Source: Chthonomonadaceae bacterium (GTDB lineage Bacteria; Armatimonadota; Chthonomonadetes; Chthonomonadales; Chthonomonadaceae). From it: a stretch of DNA of 48,168 nt. The position numbers and the translations under genes were made by a program. This document shows positions 26,019-37,243 of the stretch, in pieces. The stretch lies in the NCBI GenBank assembly GCA_035650735.1, contig DASRGZ010000210.1, forward strand, positions 1 to 48,168. The letters run 5' to 3'. The notes below the pieces were generated by a model. That model was not told the DNA's origin. It searched no databases and saw only the letters and a list, made by a program, of their open reading frames with translations. How positions within the stretch are numbered: the stretch's first letter is position 1; each line of letters begins with the position of its first letter.

Positions 26019-27092
26019 CTATTTGGCGGCTTTGGCGCGCACCGGGTCGTTGCGCAGGCGCGCTAGCTCTTCCAGCAGCGTGCGCTCCCGCTCGGTCAGA
26101 TCCCGGGGCACCGTCATTTTGACTCGCGCATAGGCGTCTCCGGCTTTCCGGTCCCGCAGGGCGGGCATTCCCTGCCCGGCCAGGCGCAGCTTCTGTCCGG
26201 TCTGGATGCCAGCCGGAATGAGCAGCTGGCGGATCTGGCCGTCGAGCATCTGAACGGTCGCCTCACCGCCGAGCGCCGCCACCGTATAGGGCACGGCGAC
26301 ATCAAAGAGCAGATCCTGCCCTTCCCGCTCGAACTTCGGATGCGGCTTGATGTGCAGCTGCACATAGAGGTCACCGCGACGGCCCCGGGCGTCGGCGGCT
26401 CCCTGACCGCTCAGCTTCAGGCGTAATCCATCCCATGCGCCCGCCGGAACGGGGACCTGGCCGGTGCGCGGCGACGAGATGCGGCCACGCCCCCGGCAGC
26501 GCGGGCAGACTCCAGCACTGAGATCAAACTGGCCCCGGCTGGTGCGCTTCTGCCCCATCCCTTCGCACTCCGGGCAGACATCTTCCACGGTTACGTTGAT
26601 CCGCTGCGTCGTTCCCCGGTAAGCATCCTCCAGCGAAATATCCAGGCCGAACTCGATATCCTCGGCAGGCGCGGCGGATCGGGTCTCAAAGCCGGGCGTG
26701 GAGCCTGCTCCCTGCCGCCCGCTGCGCTTGCCCCCGCCGAACATCCGCTCCAGGAACTCTTCAAAGTTGATCCCTCCGCCGCCGGGATCAACATCCACGA
26801 ATGGAGAACCGCTGAAGCCGCCGGGCCGGGACGAATACTGCGGCCCGGTGCCCGCCCCGAACGGACCGCTGTGGAAGAGGTCACCGAACTGGTCGTACTT
26901 GGCCCGCTTCTCCGGCTCGGAAAGCACGTCGTAGGCTTCTTGAATACCTTTGAACGCTTCCTCGGCCTTTTTGTCGCCGGGGTTCAGGTCGGGGTGATGT
27001 TTGCGCGCGAGCGTTCGGTAGGCTTTCTTAATCTCCTCCTGCGTCGCGGTGCGTGGCACGCCCAGCACCTTATAGTAATCTTTACCGTTCAC
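26019..27092 (-). CDS. dnaJ: DnaJ/CbpA-type co-chaperone with two CxxCxGxG motifs
   Basis: [13 protein letters not shown] region, CPECEGMG and CPRCRGRG, C-terminal domain. Confidence 0.88.
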   Translation of the reverse strand: MNGKDYYKVLGVPRTATQEEIKKAYRTLARKHHPDLNPGDKKAEEAFKGIQEAYDVLSEPEKRAKYDQFGDLFHSGPFGAGTGPQYSSRPGGFSGSPFVDVDPGGGGINFEEFLERMFGGGKRSGRQGAGSTPGFETRSAAPAEDIEFGLDISLEDAYRGTTQRINVTVEDVCPECEGMGQKRTSRGQFDLSAGVCPRCRGRGRISSPRTGQVPVPAGAWDGLRLKLSGQGAADARGRRGDLYVQLHIKPHPKFEREGQDLLFDVAVPYTVAALGGEATVQMLDGQIRQLLIPAGIQTGQKLRLAGQGMPALRDRKAGDAYARVKMTVPRDLTERERTLLEELARLRNDPVRAKAAK

Positions 27093-27275
27093 GCTGCCTC
27101 ACCCCCAAAACAAAATCAAGGGATCCAGAAAGCCAGGCATAGAATATACCCGGCTCCCAGACGCTCGGCGGAATGCCCCTGTTAAGGCCCTCACCCCAAT
27201 AGACCTCCCTCTCGGCCCCTCTCCTTAGCAAGGAGAGGGGAGAGCCTCACTGCCAGGTTCTTCTGTTCTCTCTTA

Positions 27276-27336
27276 TCTCCCCTCATCCCCGTCCCTTCTC
27301 CCTGCAAGGGAGAAGGGGGAGCAGAAGCCAGCATTG
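27276..27336 (-). repeat. 61-bp repeat, inverted partner of 25892-25952, inside a family B cluster (27187-27390)
   Basis: Direct sequence comparison. Confidence 0.85.
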
Positions 27337-27454
27337 ACGCACCCCTCTCCTTCTCAAGGAGAGGGGTGGCCGCAGGCCGGGGTGAGGTCTGGCCCCTCCC
27401 CGGTACTTGGGGCGCCAGCAGGGAGCCATTAGCCGGTTGATGGCGCTAAGGGCG

Positions 27455-29347
<1,893 letters not shown>

Positions 29348-29402
29348 TTAGGTTCTGAAAAACTCTGTACAGTCACGAATTGATTGCTGTTAGCGTCAAT
29401 GT

Positions 29403-29432
29403 ATTATACCAATTTAGTCCATCATTGTCAAG
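29403..29432 (-). promoter_or_regulatory. Consensus sigma-70 dnaK promoter overlapped by a HAIR-like HspR operator
   Basis: TTGACA-N17-TATAAT with extended TG; ATTTAGT-N7-TGTCAAG (29412-29432) matches 10/14 of CTTGAGT-N7-ACTCAAG. Confidence 0.8.
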
Positions 29433-29617
29433 TGGAATGCGAGAAGGATTTTGCGAGGAGTGGCACTGACCACCTATCCCCTCTCGTTCGTATCGCCGCC
29501 CCCATCTCTCGCGTGAAACAGCAAGACGATAGAAACAGGCAAAGAGGTTACAGGATACGCAGCAGTTGGGGATGCGGGGAAACGAAGGTGGCAGCGGTGA
29601 TTCCAGCAAATCAACGA

Positions 29618-29725
29618 ATACCATTGGCGAATTCAGAACCGGCTAGAATTGGACCTTACGCTTCCCCTCGGATCGAACAGCCGAATCTCACGTTGAGACG
29701 GCAATTACGAATTCGCCAACGGTAT
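29618..29725. mobile_element. ~108-bp MITE-like element
   Basis: 17-bp TIR ATACCATTGGCGAATTC / GAATTCGCCAACGGTAT (one mismatch); TCAACG on both sides. Confidence 0.65.
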
Positions 29726-29821
29726 CTCAACGTGAGTTGGAGATATAGATCTGGTTGTAGTGTGTAGCAAATGGAATATAGGGGAAATATCGCTAACTTC
29801 TTTTATTAATATCTGCCGATC

Positions 29822-29860
29822 AGCGCGGCACACTGTTCTTACTACAGTGTGCCGCGCTTT
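29822..29860 (+). terminator. Strong intergenic hairpin
   Basis: 15-bp perfect stem AGCGCGGCACACTGT / ACAGTGTGCCGCGCT then TT. Confidence 0.55.
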
Positions 29861-30054
29861 GAATTCGCCTCCCTGTTATTGGGGTGTCGGGTGCGGGGCG
29901 TAGGGGAAAGACAGTGGAATGCGGCGGGTTGACGATTAGACTGCAATCATATCGGGGACTGAAGGTCTGGCAGCATTTGGATGCGGATTGCCGAGTTGTT
30001 GACGTGCCAACATGTTATAACGTGGGTAGTCTTGCGTGGGAGGAGCAAACAGCA

Positions 30055-30339
30055 ATGGGACCATCTGGGCATACCGTCGAGGAAATTGCAGCCAGGGCAG
30101 AGGCGCTTTATGAACAGAAGATACGGAATAAGGTCGAAGCGGGGAACATTGGCAAATACCTCGTGATTGATGTTAAGACCGGCGATTACGAAATAGACGA
30201 GAGCGATATTGCCGCCATGAAGCGGGCGGCGGAAAAGCATCCCGGCGGTAGATTTCATATCCTGCGTATCATGCTCCTGCCCTCGTCGGGCGCGCCCCAA
30301 TCCGCCCTGCCGTCCGGTAGCCGATACGCAGGGAAGTGA
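30055..30339 (+). CDS. Small DUF5678-like protein, partner of retropepsin (copy 1)
   Basis: GGAGGAG RBS; EEIAARAEALYEQKIR...GKYLVIDVKTGDYEID; paralog of 42997-43269. Confidence 0.75.
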   Translation: MGPSGHTVEEIAARAEALYEQKIRNKVEAGNIGKYLVIDVKTGDYEIDESDIAAMKRAAEKHPGGRFHILRIMLLPSSGAPQSALPSGSRYAGK

Positions 30340-30689
30340 ATGCGAATAGGGGAGCCATCATCCCTTTGCAGCTTCGTACGTCCAGTGGACAGATTGAGGA
30401 CATAGACGCTCTCATTGATACCGGCTTTTCCGGCTATCTAACGCTTTCTCCCGGACGCATTGCTTCCCTGCAACTGCCATTCTTCGGCACTACCAGATAC
30501 GAACTTGGGGGCGGGAGTCAGGTTGTTTTCTCTGTTCATACAGCCAAAGTCATCTGGGAGGGACAGGACCGTGACATCTACGTTCAGGCGAGCGATGGTG
30601 GTGCGTTGGTCGGAATGCAGATGCTCTATGGCTATCGCCTTTTTGCAGATATTGTTGATGGCGGAGAAGTCCTGATTGAGCCGCACTGA
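30336..30689 (+). CDS. Clan AA aspartic protease (retropepsin-like)
   Basis: ALIDTGFSGYL and ALVGMQML motifs. Confidence 0.82.
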   Translation: MNANRGAIIPLQLRTSSGQIEDIDALIDTGFSGYLTLSPGRIASLQLPFFGTTRYELGGGSQVVFSVHTAKVIWEGQDRDIYVQASDGGALVGMQMLYGYRLFADIVDGGEVLIEPH

Positions 30690-30905
30690 CGGAAACCGCT
30701 CAACATCGTGCAAGGATAAAAAGCGTGCGCAAGTTGGCGTCCGACTATGGAAGAATAACTACCGGGCACAGCCGAATTTCGATATGAAAACCGCCAGATG
30801 CGAAAGGATGGGTAATCCCTCCCAACGGTGTGGACGTATCTCCTCAGCAGCAGGCTGCTTGAGATTGATCCACACGACTGGGAGTGTCTACCGAAAGGAT
30901 GCGCG

Positions 30906-33269
30906 ATGTTGGAAACCCAGGACGATCTGTTGGCCGCAAACGGGCCGCTGCCGGAGCCAGAACGCGTGGAAGACGCGCGCCGGGAGGCGCTGGAATGTCT
31001 GGTGGAGTGTCTGACGCAGGGGGAGCTAGCGCTGATCCTGCGCGCCGACGCGACCGTGCCGGCGTGCTGGCTCACGACCGAGCGTATCGAGCGGCACCTG
31101 GCCCAGATCCTGCGCGAACCGGCGCGACTCCAGGTCTGGGCCAGGAGCGGCCAGACCTGGGTCCTCTCCCTGCGCGCCGCCGACGAGACGACGCGACCGG
31201 ATAACGCGCTCTGGGGCCATTCGCTGCGGACTACGCTGGTGGAGAGCCTGGAGGCCGAGTGGCGAGCGGCGGAGGCCAGGAGGGCGCGAATGCAGCCCGG
31301 AAACCCGGCGGCCCCCTCCCTAACCGAAAGGGAGGCCGTCCGGGCGCTGCGCAGCGCCGCCGGCGAGAATGTGCCGACCGGCCTGAGCATCCTGGATATG
31401 TTTGCCCTGCCTACCGCTGCCGGCAGCGCCGCCTTCACCGTGACGCCGGTGGCGGCCATTCCCACTCAGGATAGCTTCCAGGAGCACCTCAGCGAGCTCA
31501 ACGAGCTGCTGGAGATCATTGTCAACCGCCAGCTGCATACCCAGTTCCAGCCGATAGTCCATCTACGCGACGGCCAGACGCTTGGATACGAGGCGCTGAT
31601 ACGGGGGCCGAAAGGGACGCTGCTGCGGCGCACCGGCGCGATGCTGCGCGCCGCCGACAAGGCCCGCCTGGTCGCCTGGTTGGATCTGGCCTGCCAGGAT
31701 CGGTGCTTTGCTCGCGCTGCCGAGCAAGGCATCCGGCACCTGCTTTTTATTAATATGGAGGCCGAAGGGCTGGCTTATCTGGATCAGCAGGAGCGCTCGC
31801 TGGCCGAGTGCGCCCGTGAGCACGGCCTCTCGCCAGCCAGCATCGTCGTCGAAATCACCGAGCGGCAGACCGTCGAAGACTTCCCCCGCCTGCTCCAGTA
31901 TATCGAGCGGCTGCGCGAGCAGGGGTTCAAGATCGCCATTGACGACGCGGGCGCCGGCTACAGCAGCCTGCACGCCATCGCCGAACTGCGCCCGGAGTTT
32001 ATCAAGGTGGATCGCAGCCTGGTAAACAGCATTGACGTCAACGGCACGCGCCGCGCCCTGCTTTCGGCGCTGGCACAGTACGCCCAGCATATCGGCTCGA
32101 CTGTGCTGGCCGAGGGGATAGAGACCCGCGAGGAGTTAGCCACGCTGATCGATCTGGGCATCGTCTACGGCCAGGGCTACCTGATGGGCAAGCCCGCCGA
32201 CGACCTGCGTGGAGTGCCCCGCGACCTGCGCGAGTTCATGCGGCTGCGTACTCGACAGCACAGCTTAACCCTGACGGGGCGGCAGCCGGCGGTGGGCGCC
32301 CTGGCCCGACCCGGCAAGGCGGTCGCGCCCGACACGCCGCTTTCTGAGGTGGCCCGGCGCTTTGCCAAAGACCCGAGACTGACGAGCGTGGTGGTCATGG
32401 AGGAGGGATACGCGCGGGGCCTGGTGATGCGCGAGCAGCTAAGCCACGTGCTGGGCCTGGCGAGCGCGGCGCACGTGGGCGAACTGCTGCCCGCCGAGAC
32501 GGTGGCGCAGTGGATGCGCACCAACGTGCTCACCGCCGAGGAGGACACGCCCATCCTGGAGGTGATGCGACAGGTGACGGCGCGCACCGACATCAGCCTG
32601 GAGACCGATATTGTGGTGGCGCGCGGCGATAACCAGTACCTGGGGGTGCTGCCTCCGCGCCTGCTGATGGAGGCGGCGACCGCCGTGCGGGAAAACCAGA
32701 TGCGCTACGCCGACCCGCTGACTGGGCTGCCGGGACGGGTGGCGCTGGAGGAGGCCCTGCAGGAGCGGATAGCGCAGCGCGCGCCGCTGGCCGTGATCCG
32801 CGCCGACATCAACGGGCTGTCCGCGTTTAACCGCTGCTACGGCCTGGTTAGCGGCGACAGCGTTCTTCTGGCGCTGGCCCGGCTGCTGCGCGAGACCTTG
32901 GAAGCCTGCGGACGTCCCGGCGATTTCCTGGCGCATCTGGGCGGCGACGATTTCGTCCTGCTGACCCACCCGGAGACGGCGATCCCGATCTGTCGGGCCC
33001 TGACGACCGGCTTCGACAGGCTGGTGCCGCAGTTCTACAGCGCCGAACACGTGCGCCAGAACTACACCCTGCTGGAAGACCGCGCCGGAAACCGTCAGCG
33101 CGTGCCCTTGTTCAGCCTCGCCGTCGCCGGGCAGACCAACCTGAAGCGCCGCCTGACCCACTACAATCAGGTGATGGAGCTCCTCGAGGAGCCGCTGCGC
33201 TATGCCAAAGCGCAGCCGGGAAGCTACTATATCGTGGATCAAGGAAAAAGCAACCACCCGCTGCGCTAG
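30906..33269 (+). CDS. EAL-CBS-GGDEF cyclic-di-GMP protein
   Basis: FQPIV...YEALIR, EITE, DDAGAGYSSL, IKVD, EGIET, QGY; CBS-like pair; DPLTGLPGR, GGDDF. Confidence 0.92.
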   Translation: MLETQDDLLAANGPLPEPERVEDARREALECLVECLTQGELALILRADATVPACWLTTERIERHLAQILREPARLQVWARSGQTWVLSLRAADETTRPDNALWGHSLRTTLVESLEAEWRAAEARRARMQPGNPAAPSLTEREAVRALRSAAGENVPTGLSILDMFALPTAAGSAAFTVTPVAAIPTQDSFQEHLSELNELLEIIVNRQLHTQFQPIVHLRDGQTLGYEALIRGPKGTLLRRTGAMLRAADKARLVAWLDLACQDRCFARAAEQGIRHLLFINMEAEGLAYLDQQERSLAECAREHGLSPASIVVEITERQTVEDFPRLLQYIERLREQGFKIAIDDAGAGYSSLHAIAELRPEFIKVDRSLVNSIDVNGTRRALLSALAQYAQHIGSTVLAEGIETREELATLIDLGIVYGQGYLMGKPADDLRGVPRDLREFMRLRTRQHSLTLTGRQPAVGALARPGKAVAPDTPLSEVARRFAKDPRLTSVVVMEEGYARGLVMREQLSHVLGLASAAHVGELLPAETVAQWMRTNVLTAEEDTPILEVMRQVTARTDISLETDIVVARGDNQYLGVLPPRLLMEAATAVRENQMRYADPLTGLPGRVALEEALQERIAQRAPLAVIRADINGLSAFNRCYGLVSGDSVLLALARLLRETLEACGRPGDFLAHLGGDDFVLLTHPETAIPICRALTTGFDRLVPQFYSAEHVRQNYTLLEDRAGNRQRVPLFSLAVAGQTNLKRRLTHYNQVMELLEEPLRYAKAQPGSYYIVDQGKSNHPLR

Positions 33270-34288
33270 AGGCTGAGGTTGCTGCTGTGACCGGGGAAGA
33301 CCTTCGCCGCCGGGTCAATGCGGTGCTTGGCGTAGTTGACGGCGATACAGATCTCCCCGACTCCGGTGGCGATCAGCTTGAGCTTGCCGTCATAAGAGGC
33401 AATATCCCCGGCGGCGTAGACGCCCGGCAGGTTCGTTTCCATATGCTGGTTGACCAGAATGCCGCCGCCCTGTAGCTCCAGGCCCCACTCCTTGACCGGG
33501 CCGATGTCGGCGGAGAAGCCGATATTGAGCAGCACCGCGTCCACATCCAGGCAGAAATCTTCGTCCGTTTGGTTATGGAAGACAATGGCGCGCTCCAGCC
33601 GACCATTGCCTTCTACGCGGCGCAGCTCGTGCCAGAGCCGCACGTCCACCCGGGAGCGGTTGAACAGCCAATCCACGCTCTCTTCATGGGCGCGGAATAC
33701 GTCGCGGCGGTGGATGAGCGTCACGCGGTCGGCGATGGGCTCCAGGTTCATAGCCCAGTCCAGCGCGGAGTCCCCGCCGCCGACGATGAGCAGCCGCTTG
33801 CCCTCAAACTGTGCCTTATCCCGCACGAAGTAGTGGATGCCCCGTCCCTCGAACTCTGCGATGCCCGGCGTGTTGAGCTTCTTGGGCGAGAAGGCGCCTG
33901 CGCCGATGGCGATGATGGCCGTCTTGGTGCGATGCGCGGCTTTGTTGGTCGTCAGGGTGATGGTGCCGTCGGGCTCGTGCCGTAGGCTCAGCACCTTCTC
34001 CGTCAGGCAGACGGTCGGCTGGAAACGCGTGCCCTGGACCGCCATCTCTTCGGCCAGGTCGCGGGCCAGCACTTTCGGGAAGCCCGGCATATCATAAACG
34101 AATTTCTCTGGGTAGAGCGCGGTCAATTGGCCGCCAAGCTCGGGCAGGCTATCAATGATCTTGGTCTTCATCTGGCGCATACCAGCGTAGAAGGCTCCGA
34201 AGAGCCCGACCGGGCCGCCGCCGATTATCGTCACATCAAAAAGCTCGTCAGGAGATGCCTGGGGAGCAGAATGCGTCAAATCTGTCAA
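33266..34288 (-). CDS. Ferredoxin-NADP+ reductase, TrxB/YumC type
   Basis: IIGGGPVGL, GGQLTALYPEK, GGGDSALDWA, C-terminal PGHSS; no CxxC. Confidence 0.88.
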   Translation of the reverse strand: MTDLTHSAPQASPDELFDVTIIGGGPVGLFGAFYAGMRQMKTKIIDSLPELGGQLTALYPEKFVYDMPGFPKVLARDLAEEMAVQGTRFQPTVCLTEKVLSLRHEPDGTITLTTNKAAHRTKTAIIAIGAGAFSPKKLNTPGIAEFEGRGIHYFVRDKAQFEGKRLLIVGGGDSALDWAMNLEPIADRVTLIHRRDVFRAHEESVDWLFNRSRVDVRLWHELRRVEGNGRLERAIVFHNQTDEDFCLDVDAVLLNIGFSADIGPVKEWGLELQGGGILVNQHMETNLPGVYAAGDIASYDGKLKLIATGVGEICIAVNYAKHRIDPAAKVFPGHSSNLSL

Positions 34289-34384
34289 CTCAGCTAAACC
34301 TCACTTAGTATTACGATCCTGGAACAGGAATTCGGTAGAAATGCGCGTAATCTATTGTACCCTAGGTTCACTTGGTACGGATGA

Positions 34385-34723
34385 ATGAAGAAGATAGAAG
34401 CGATAATCCGCCCGATGAAGCTTGACGAGGTCAAGATCGCGCTGGGCGAGATCGGCGTGACCGGCCTGTCGGTGTCCGACGTGCGCGGCAGCGGACGCCA
34501 GCGCGGCCATCGCGAAAGCTTTCGCGGGGCCGACTATGTAATTGACCTGCCGATGAAGGTCAAGATCGAAATTGTGGCCCGCGATGAAGACGTGGACGAG
34601 ATCGTCTCGACGATTGAAGTCCACGCGCGCACGGGCGAACCCGGCGACGGCAAAATCTTTGTGCTGCCGATGGACGAGGCCGTTCGCATCCGAACCGAAG
34701 AGCGCGGCGACGACGTTCTCTAG
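34385..34723 (+). CDS. glnB: P-II nitrogen regulator
   Basis: MKKIEAIIRP, GSGRQRG, RGADY, TGEPGDGKIFV. Confidence 0.93.
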   Translation: MKKIEAIIRPMKLDEVKIALGEIGVTGLSVSDVRGSGRQRGHRESFRGADYVIDLPMKVKIEIVARDEDVDEIVSTIEVHARTGEPGDGKIFVLPMDEAVRIRTEERGDDVL

Positions 34724-34895
34724 AGCGTGTTATGCACTTGGGAACCGTTTGACGCTCTGTTTGGCTCTGTGCGGCGCAGAAAGTGCTACATAGAGCAGCG
34801 GGCTATCCTCTAAAGCAAGCTGAACGGACTTGTTGCTCGCCTTATGGGTAGCTGTTGTCGCTAGAGGCTGGTGAAAAGTGCATAACACGCTCTAG
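34720..34895. mobile_element. IS5-family-derived MITE (~176 bp)
   Basis: Perfect 20-bp IR CTAGAGCGTGTTATGCACTT; same terminus as the IS end at 48057. Confidence 0.85.
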
Positions 34896-34986
34896 TAGCT
34901 GCGCGTCGGCCCGGTAAGATTCCGTGCGACGCATATCTCCGACATCTTATTTATTAACGGCGTAAGTTGCCGCTCAAGTCGAAGCT

Positions 34987-35523
34987 ATGGAACTGAACGA
35001 AACCGTTATCGGCTCTGAAACCATCTATTCGGGCAAGATCGTCCATTTGCGGGTGGATACGGTGCGCCTCCCGGACGGCAGCCAGTCGAAGCGCGAGATC
35101 GTCGCGCATAAGGGCGCCGTCTGTATCGTGCCCGTGCTGGAGGATGGCACGGTGCTGCTGGTGCGCCAGTTCCGGCTGGCGGCGGGCAAGGCGCTGCTCG
35201 AAATCCCGGCCGGGACGCTGGAGCCGGGCGAAGACCCGGATGCCTGCGCCGCCCGCGAACTGGAAGAGGAGACCGGATACCGGGCGGCTCACTTCCGCCC
35301 GCTATTCCAATCCTATCTGGCGCCGGGCTACTCGACGGAACTCATCCATGCCTATCTGGCTACCGGCCTGACGGAGAGCCAGGCCCGCACGGATGCCGAT
35401 GAGAACATCGAGCTTGTGCGCCTGCCATTGGTCGAAGCCGAACAGAAGGCGATAGACGGCGACCTTCAGGACGCCAAGACGATATCCGCCCTGCTCGTCG
35501 CGCGCCGCCTGCTGACCTCCTAA
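34987..35523 (+). CDS. nudF: NUDIX hydrolase, ADP-ribose pyrophosphatase
   Basis: EIPAGTLEPGEDPDACAARELEEETG Nudix box; VRQFR; DAKT. Confidence 0.88.
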   Translation: MELNETVIGSETIYSGKIVHLRVDTVRLPDGSQSKREIVAHKGAVCIVPVLEDGTVLLVRQFRLAAGKALLEIPAGTLEPGEDPDACAARELEEETGYRAAHFRPLFQSYLAPGYSTELIHAYLATGLTESQARTDADENIELVRLPLVEAEQKAIDGDLQDAKTISALLVARRLLTS

Positions 35524-35569
35524 GTGATGGCTCTGGCGCGTGGACTGCCCTTTCGCGGCGGGTCTCTTC

Positions 35570-35628
35570 CGCCCACGTAGGTGGGCGGCAGGCCATAGGT
35601 CCCACAGCGGCAGGGTTTAGCCTGCCGC
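35570..35628 (+). repeat. REP family A copy
   Basis: Two palindromes CGCCCACGTAGGTGGGCG and GCGGCAGGGTTTAGCCTGCCGC. Confidence 0.85.
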
Positions 35629-35684
35629 AAACAGGACGGACGGCGGACTTACCGGATGCCGCGCTGCCTCCCATGCTCCTGTGT

Positions 35685-36401
35685 TCATCGGGTGTGCAGG
35701 CCGCACTCCAGCTTGATGAAGTTCGACCAGCGGCCCGCGCGGTCGTCCTCGCCGGGCGCGACGGCCCGCGTGCAGGGCCAGCAGCCAATGCTGGGATAGC
35801 CCTTGTCGTGCAGGGGGTTGTAGGGCACCTCATTAATGCGGATATAGGCCCAGACGTCGCGTTTCGTCCAGTTTGCCAGCGGGTTGATCTTGACCAGGTT
35901 AAATTTGGGATCCCACTCTACGATGCCCGCCTTCGCCCGGTGGGGCGTCTGGTCACGGCGGATGGCGCTGATCCAGGCGTCGTATCCGGCGAGGGCGCGC
36001 CGAAGCGGCTCGATCTTGCGAATGCGGCAGCACTCGTCCGGATTGGTGCCATAGATCGGCCCGCCGAACCGCTTCTCCATCGCCTTCACCGTCTCGTCGG
36101 GCCGCACCAATTCGACCGCGATGCCATACTGCTCCCGGATGCGCTCGCGCAGCGCCAGGGTCTCCGGGAACTGGTAGCCGGTTTCCAGGTTAAAGACGCG
36201 CACCTCCTTGCCGTGCGGCTTAATTTCGGAAAGCATCGCCAGCAGCACGCAGCCTTCCGCGCCGAACGCCGTCGCCATCGTCAGCTTCGGGTGGTAGATC
36301 TCCACTGCCCAGCGCAGAATCTCTTCCGGCGATTTGTCTTCCAGCGAATCGCTGATCGCCTTCAGGGCTTCGGGCGTGGGCGCGTAGGTCTGCGGCAACA
36401 T
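35685..36401 (-). CDS. cysH: (Phospho)adenylyl-sulfate reductase, Fe-S type
   Basis: ETGYQFPET, ECCRIRK, SIGCWPCT, ECGLH. Confidence 0.93.
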   Translation of the reverse strand: MLPQTYAPTPEALKAISDSLEDKSPEEILRWAVEIYHPKLTMATAFGAEGCVLLAMLSEIKPHGKEVRVFNLETGYQFPETLALRERIREQYGIAVELVRPDETVKAMEKRFGGPIYGTNPDECCRIRKIEPLRRALAGYDAWISAIRRDQTPHRAKAGIVEWDPKFNLVKINPLANWTKRDVWAYIRINEVPYNPLHDKGYPSIGCWPCTRAVAPGEDDRAGRWSNFIKLECGLHTR

Positions 36402-36446
36402 CGTGTTATGGGCCTCCTGGTAAGTTTCGGGAATATACCGATAATC

Positions 36447-36493
36447 TTGACTATTCCGGTAAAATTATAGTACAATGCGGGCCTGTTAGTCAA
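36447..36493. promoter_or_regulatory. Overlapping divergent sigma-70 promoters for cysH and cysC
   Basis: Plus strand TTGACT-N18-TACAAT (36447-36476); minus strand TTGACT-N18-TATAAT (36493-36464). Confidence 0.6.
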
Positions 36494-36580
36494 TATACAA
36501 ACGGTTCGCCGGACAAGTTCCTATTTTATGGACATTTTTCCATGTGGGCCGTATGTTAGAATTGAGGGGAAAGGGAAAGC

Positions 36581-37135
36581 ATGAGCTGGCATAAAGGCTT
36601 TATTTTGTGGTTTACTGGACTCTCGGGCGCGGGCAAATCCACGCTTGCCGAAAATCTGGTGCGGGAGTTCCGCGAGCGCGGCTATAAGGTTGAACTACTC
36701 GACGGAGATGAGGTCCGCACCCATCTATCGAAGGGACTGGGATTTTCCAAGGAGGACCGTGACACCAATATTCGGCGCATCGGCTGGGTGGCGCGGGTGC
36801 TGGCCCGCAACGGCGTCATCGCCATTACCGCCGCCATCTCGCCCTATCGCGAGATCCGCGACGAGATCCGCTCCGAGACTGAGAAAGAGGGCCGTGCGGC
36901 GTTTGTGGAGGTCTTTGCCCATGCGCCGCTAGAGGCGCTGGTCGAGCGCGACGTCAAAGGGCTCTACAAGAAGGCCCTGGCCGGCGAGATCAAGAACTTC
37001 ACGGGCGTTTCCGACCCCTACGAACCGCCGCTCAACCCGGAAGTCGTCGCCTATACCAGTGAGGAATCCGTCGAGGATTCGGCGGCACGCATCCTCAACT
37101 ACCTGGCGCAGCACGCTCTGATCGATCACGCCTGA
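36581..37135 (+). CDS. cysC: Adenylyl-sulfate kinase
   Basis: [42 protein letters not shown]. Confidence 0.96.
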   Translation: MSWHKGFILWFTGLSGAGKSTLAENLVREFRERGYKVELLDGDEVRTHLSKGLGFSKEDRDTNIRRIGWVARVLARNGVIAITAAISPYREIRDEIRSETEKEGRAAFVEVFAHAPLEALVERDVKGLYKKALAGEIKNFTGVSDPYEPPLNPEVVAYTSEESVEDSAARILNYLAQHALIDHA

Positions 37136-37160
37136 GACCGAAGAGACCTCCCGAGAATTT

Positions 37161-37219
37161 CGCCCACGCAGGTGGGCGACGGGCCGCAGGCCCCACAGCG
37201 GCAGGGTTCAGCCTGCCGC
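37161..37219 (+). repeat. REP family A copy
   Basis: Same two palindromes as 35570. Confidence 0.85.
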
Positions 37220-37243
37220 TGTGGGGCCAGGCAAAATGAAAAG

